DNA from: an uncultured virus (IMG/VR IMGVR_UViG_3300018080_000012)
Lineage: Duplodnaviria; Heunggongvirae; Uroviricota; Caudoviricetes
Strand: one strand, 5' to 3'
Virus record (IMG/VR): IMGVR_UViG_3300018080_000012
DNA length: 29,248 nt
The notes under the pieces were generated by a model. The model did not search any database, was not told the origin of the DNA, and worked only from the letters and a program-made list of their open reading frames with translations. Shown piece after piece: positions 27,047-29,248 of the stretch. The first letter of the stretch is position 1; every line of letters starts with the position of its first letter. The translations under genes and the position numbers were made by a program.

Positions 27047-27501
27047 CTCAAAAGATTAATTTCTCTCAAATACATTCTATATTTTATCCCCGCTTCATCT
27101 AACATCTCAAAAGCAAGATCGTCATCGTATATCTCTAAAAATATTACGCTATTTATCTTCATTTGAATTAATAGTTTTGCGCACGTCACGCAAGGAGATG
27201 TTGAGCAATATAATGTTGCTCCTTCGCAATTTGTTTGCTTCAAAATACACTGCAATAACGCGTTTTGTTCTGAATGTACACCTCGACAATATTCAAATCT
27301 AGTTCCCGATTGTATTTTATCTCTATTTCGTATACAAATTTCACAGTGATTCATATCTCTTGGGGCCCCATTCCACCCCGTTGATAATAAAATATTATCT
27401 TTAACTAACACAGCTCCCACTTTTCTTCTCAAACAAGTACTTCTATTTTCAAGAACTTTCACTATCGTCATCCATAACTCGTCAAAACTTATTCTTTTCA
27501 T
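27043..27501 (-). CDS. dCMP deaminase (ComEB-like)
   Basis: RSTCLRRKVGA, TGWNG, HSEQNA, SPCVTC. Confidence 0.95.
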   Translation of the reverse strand: MKRISFDELWMTIVKVLENRSTCLRRKVGAVLVKDNILLSTGWNGAPRDMNHCEICIRNRDKIQSGTRFEYCRGVHSEQNALLQCILKQTNCEGATLYCSTSPCVTCAKLLIQMKINSVIFLEIYDDDLAFEMLDEAGIKYRMYLREINLLR

Positions 27502-27507
27502 ATATTA

Positions 27508-27536
27508 ATTATATACAATATATTTATTTTATTAAC
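27508..27536 (-). promoter_or_regulatory. predicted promoter GTTAAT-N17-TATAAT (leaderless)
   Basis: Motif match; deaminase ATG 6 nt after -10 with no SD. Confidence 0.72.
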
Positions 27537-28072
27537 ATTTTTTTTAATATGGGTCTTATTTTTCTTCTTACGATATTACATATATTTTGTTTTGTTGTAT
27601 TCAAAAACTTTGCAATATCGTCTAAATCAAAATTATTTTGTCTCATTAATTCGAATATCTTTTTTGCATTTTTATCCAATAAATTCTCTATTCTATCGAA
27701 AATATCTGATAATTCTACACGATTAACGTAATCGTAAATTTCTCTAGTCTCTTTTATAAAATATAATTTTTCTCTTTTATTATTATTTTCATCAAAAGTA
27801 TATTCGTTATATGAAATAGTATCATTGTAAAAACTATTCTTATTATTTCTAGAATTTTTTAAAATATGCATAGCTTCTTTTTTCGCTACAGTTATAAAAT
27901 ATGTTTTCTTGCAACTTAATTTTTCATTATATTTATCTTTAGAAATAAATAACCTTAAAAGTATTTCTTGTTTTGCGTCGTGATATTCTATTTTAGAATT
28001 CCTCGAAACATAATAACTATAATATTCTACGTTTTTTTTAATTGAATTTATTATATCATCGAAATCAATCAT
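27524..28072 (-). CDS. sigma70/ECF-like RNA polymerase sigma factor
   Basis: Region-2-like DAKQE..L.L....KYN......TY; C-terminal HTH LDDIAKFLNTTKQNI; AGGAG SD. Confidence 0.75.
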   Translation of the reverse strand: MIDFDDIINSIKKNVEYYSYYVSRNSKIEYHDAKQEILLRLFISKDKYNEKLSCKKTYFITVAKKEAMHILKNSRNNKNSFYNDTISYNEYTFDENNNKREKLYFIKETREIYDYVNRVELSDIFDRIENLLDKNAKKIFELMRQNNFDLDDIAKFLNTTKQNICNIVRRKIRPILKKMLIK

Positions 28073-28093
28073 CCCATTTTCTCCTGATATATT

Positions 28094-29086
28094 TTAATTT
28101 CTTTTAAAATTACAATAAATCTTATCTATTTCTTCTGAAGACAAATCGTTTGGATCTCTATTATTCTTAAGTTTTACTATCTCAACATTAAATAAATTTG
28201 ATAAAATGTCTTTATATTTTTTTATACTTGTCATATTTCTTTCTCTATAATATGGAATATCTCCGTCGAAAGATAACACAATATTATTTGTATGTTTTAA
28301 AAGCAATTTTATTTGATAATCACTTATACTTGAAGTCCCCAAAGCAACTGCTGAAATATTATTCTGTTGAAGATACATTGCATCAAAGCTACCTTCTACA
28401 ATAATGATTGTAGAATTTCTTTCTATAAAATTTAAGCCAAATAGAACTTTATTTGAATCACTATTTTTTATTTTTCTTATTTTATATATCTTATCTTTTT
28501 CGTATATTTTTCTAGCATCTATTGTTATTAATCTTCCTTTCAAGTCGTACCAGGGGATTATTACTCTGTTTTTCCATTTTAAATCATCGTAATTTGTATC
28601 GCAACATAATATATTAAATTTTTCTATTGTTTTTTTATTTAATTTTCTCTCTTCTATAATATAATCTAAAAACTTTCCATAAGGTTTTTTGAATCTTTCT
28701 AAAAATCTTAAATTTATAATTTTCATTTTTTGCTTTAACATAGTTTTATTTAATTTATTTACAAACAAATCTTTCAATTTTTTAATCTCTGCAACATTAA
28801 TGCTGTCTTTTTCGTAAGAACTTATTGCTTCCTCAAAAGTTATATCATCCAAATAACTTATTAAATGAAAAAAATTACCAGATTCACCACACGAAAAACA
28901 CTGATATACTCCCTTCTTATCACCATCTACAGAAATTCCAAATGAAGCATTTTTTTCATTATGAAACGGACACAATATCATTAAATTATTAGAAGTTATT
29001 TTACCTCTTATATTTCTATCGGCAAGCTCTTTCTCGATATCAATTTCGCTAATTATTTCATTATATTTTTCTTTCCCATTATACAT
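28094..29086 (-). CDS. dnaG: DNA primase (CHC2 zinc finger + TOPRIM)
   Basis: CPFHNEKNASF...CFSC, RVIIP, IVEGSFDA, FDGD, DPND. Confidence 0.93.
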   Translation of the reverse strand: MYNGKEKYNEIISEIDIEKELADRNIRGKITSNNLMILCPFHNEKNASFGISVDGDKKGVYQCFSCGESGNFFHLISYLDDITFEEAISSYEKDSINVAEIKKLKDLFVNKLNKTMLKQKMKIINLRFLERFKKPYGKFLDYIIEERKLNKKTIEKFNILCCDTNYDDLKWKNRVIIPWYDLKGRLITIDARKIYEKDKIYKIRKIKNSDSNKVLFGLNFIERNSTIIIVEGSFDAMYLQQNNISAVALGTSSISDYQIKLLLKHTNNIVLSFDGDIPYYRERNMTSIKKYKDILSNLFNVEIVKLKNNRDPNDLSSEEIDKIYCNFKRN

Positions 29087-29092
29087 AATAAT

Positions 29093-29121
29093 ATACTAAC
29101 CTTTTAAATTTTAAAGTAAAC
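29093..29121 (-). promoter_or_regulatory. predicted promoter GTTTAC-N17-TAGTAT (leaderless) with upstream A-tract
   Basis: Motif match; primase ATG 6 nt after -10; 14-nt A run upstream resembles an UP element. Confidence 0.68.
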
Positions 29122-29138
29122 AAAAATTTTTTTTTTTT

Positions 29139-29248
29139 TTATAAACTTTTCGAACAATCTCTCCAAATTCCTGTCTTATTGTATTCTTTGATACATTCTA
29201 TAATCCAATCAACTTGAAATTTATTTAAATAAACAAAATCTTTTTTAA
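29139..29248 (-). CDS. 3' end of an upstream ORF (partial)
   Basis: Open frame ...KKDFVYLNKFQVDWIIECIKEYNKTGIWRDCSKSL* entering from window edge. Confidence 0.55.
   Translation of the reverse strand, partial: KKDFVYLNKFQVDWIIECIKEYNKTGIWRDCSKSL

Noticed and set aside
18899..27501. Uracil-substituted genome (PBS1-like)
   Set aside because: A dUTPase-like enzyme and a UDG-like domain argue against it; not fully excluded because substrates are untested
487..28592. All plus-strand ORFs in the track (e.g. 639..1085, 6985..7368, 17253..17603)
   Set aside because: They are antisense shadows of Lys/Glu-rich minus-strand genes, rich in Phe/Ser/Ile/Leu, with no recognisable motifs
29127..29140. 14-nt T homopolymer as phase-variable tract or terminator
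   Set aside because: No hairpin, it lies outside the promoter spacer, and its length may be a sequencing artefact; at most an UP-like element
1..29248. Stop-codon reassignment
   Set aside because: Conserved genes are full length in the standard code, TAA, TAG and TGA all end genes next to the following start, and the tRNA anticodon is UUG, not a suppressor
1..29248. CRISPR array or tandem repeat array
   Set aside because: No regularly spaced direct repeats seen; apparent gaps are filled by small ORFs, a tRNA or promoters
1..29248. Intrinsic terminators
   Set aside because: No convincing GC-rich hairpin with U-tract found by eye

Overview
This is a very AT-rich, gene-dense segment of a large dsDNA bacteriophage (or prophage). 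Every credible gene is on the minus strand and many are translationally coupled. Read in the direction of transcription (right to left) it holds: DnaG primase; a sigma70/ECF-like sigma factor; a nucleotide-metabolism block (dCMP deaminase, a membrane-anchored dimeric dUTPase/dCTPase-like enzyme, a UDP-galactopyranose-mutase-like flavoprotein, an all-alpha NTP-pyrophosphatase fused to a HAD phosphatase, a minimal thymidylate-synthase-fold protein, a dNMP kinase); a DnaE polymerase with a fused N-terminal family-4-like UDG domain; a divergent ThyX; a recombination/repair block (UvsY-like, SSB, RecA, SbcD, SbcC, HNH, 5'-3' exonuclease, RuvC-like); a doubly membrane-anchored lytic transglycosylase; an SH3 lipoprotein; tRNA-Gln(UUG); about 30 small hypothetical ORFs; and a J-domain protein cut by the window edge. 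Three signals stand out. (1) A candidate uncharacterised pre-replicative pyrimidine-modification pathway wraps around the polymerase, and several of its enzymes have altered catalytic motifs. (2) A perfect 17-bp inverted repeat brackets exactly one gene, the SH3 lipoprotein. (3) A recurring GTTWAH-N17-TAnnWT promoter sits exactly 6 nt before an ATG in four cases, which predicts leaderless mRNAs. All functional calls come from motif recognition by eye; no database searches were run.
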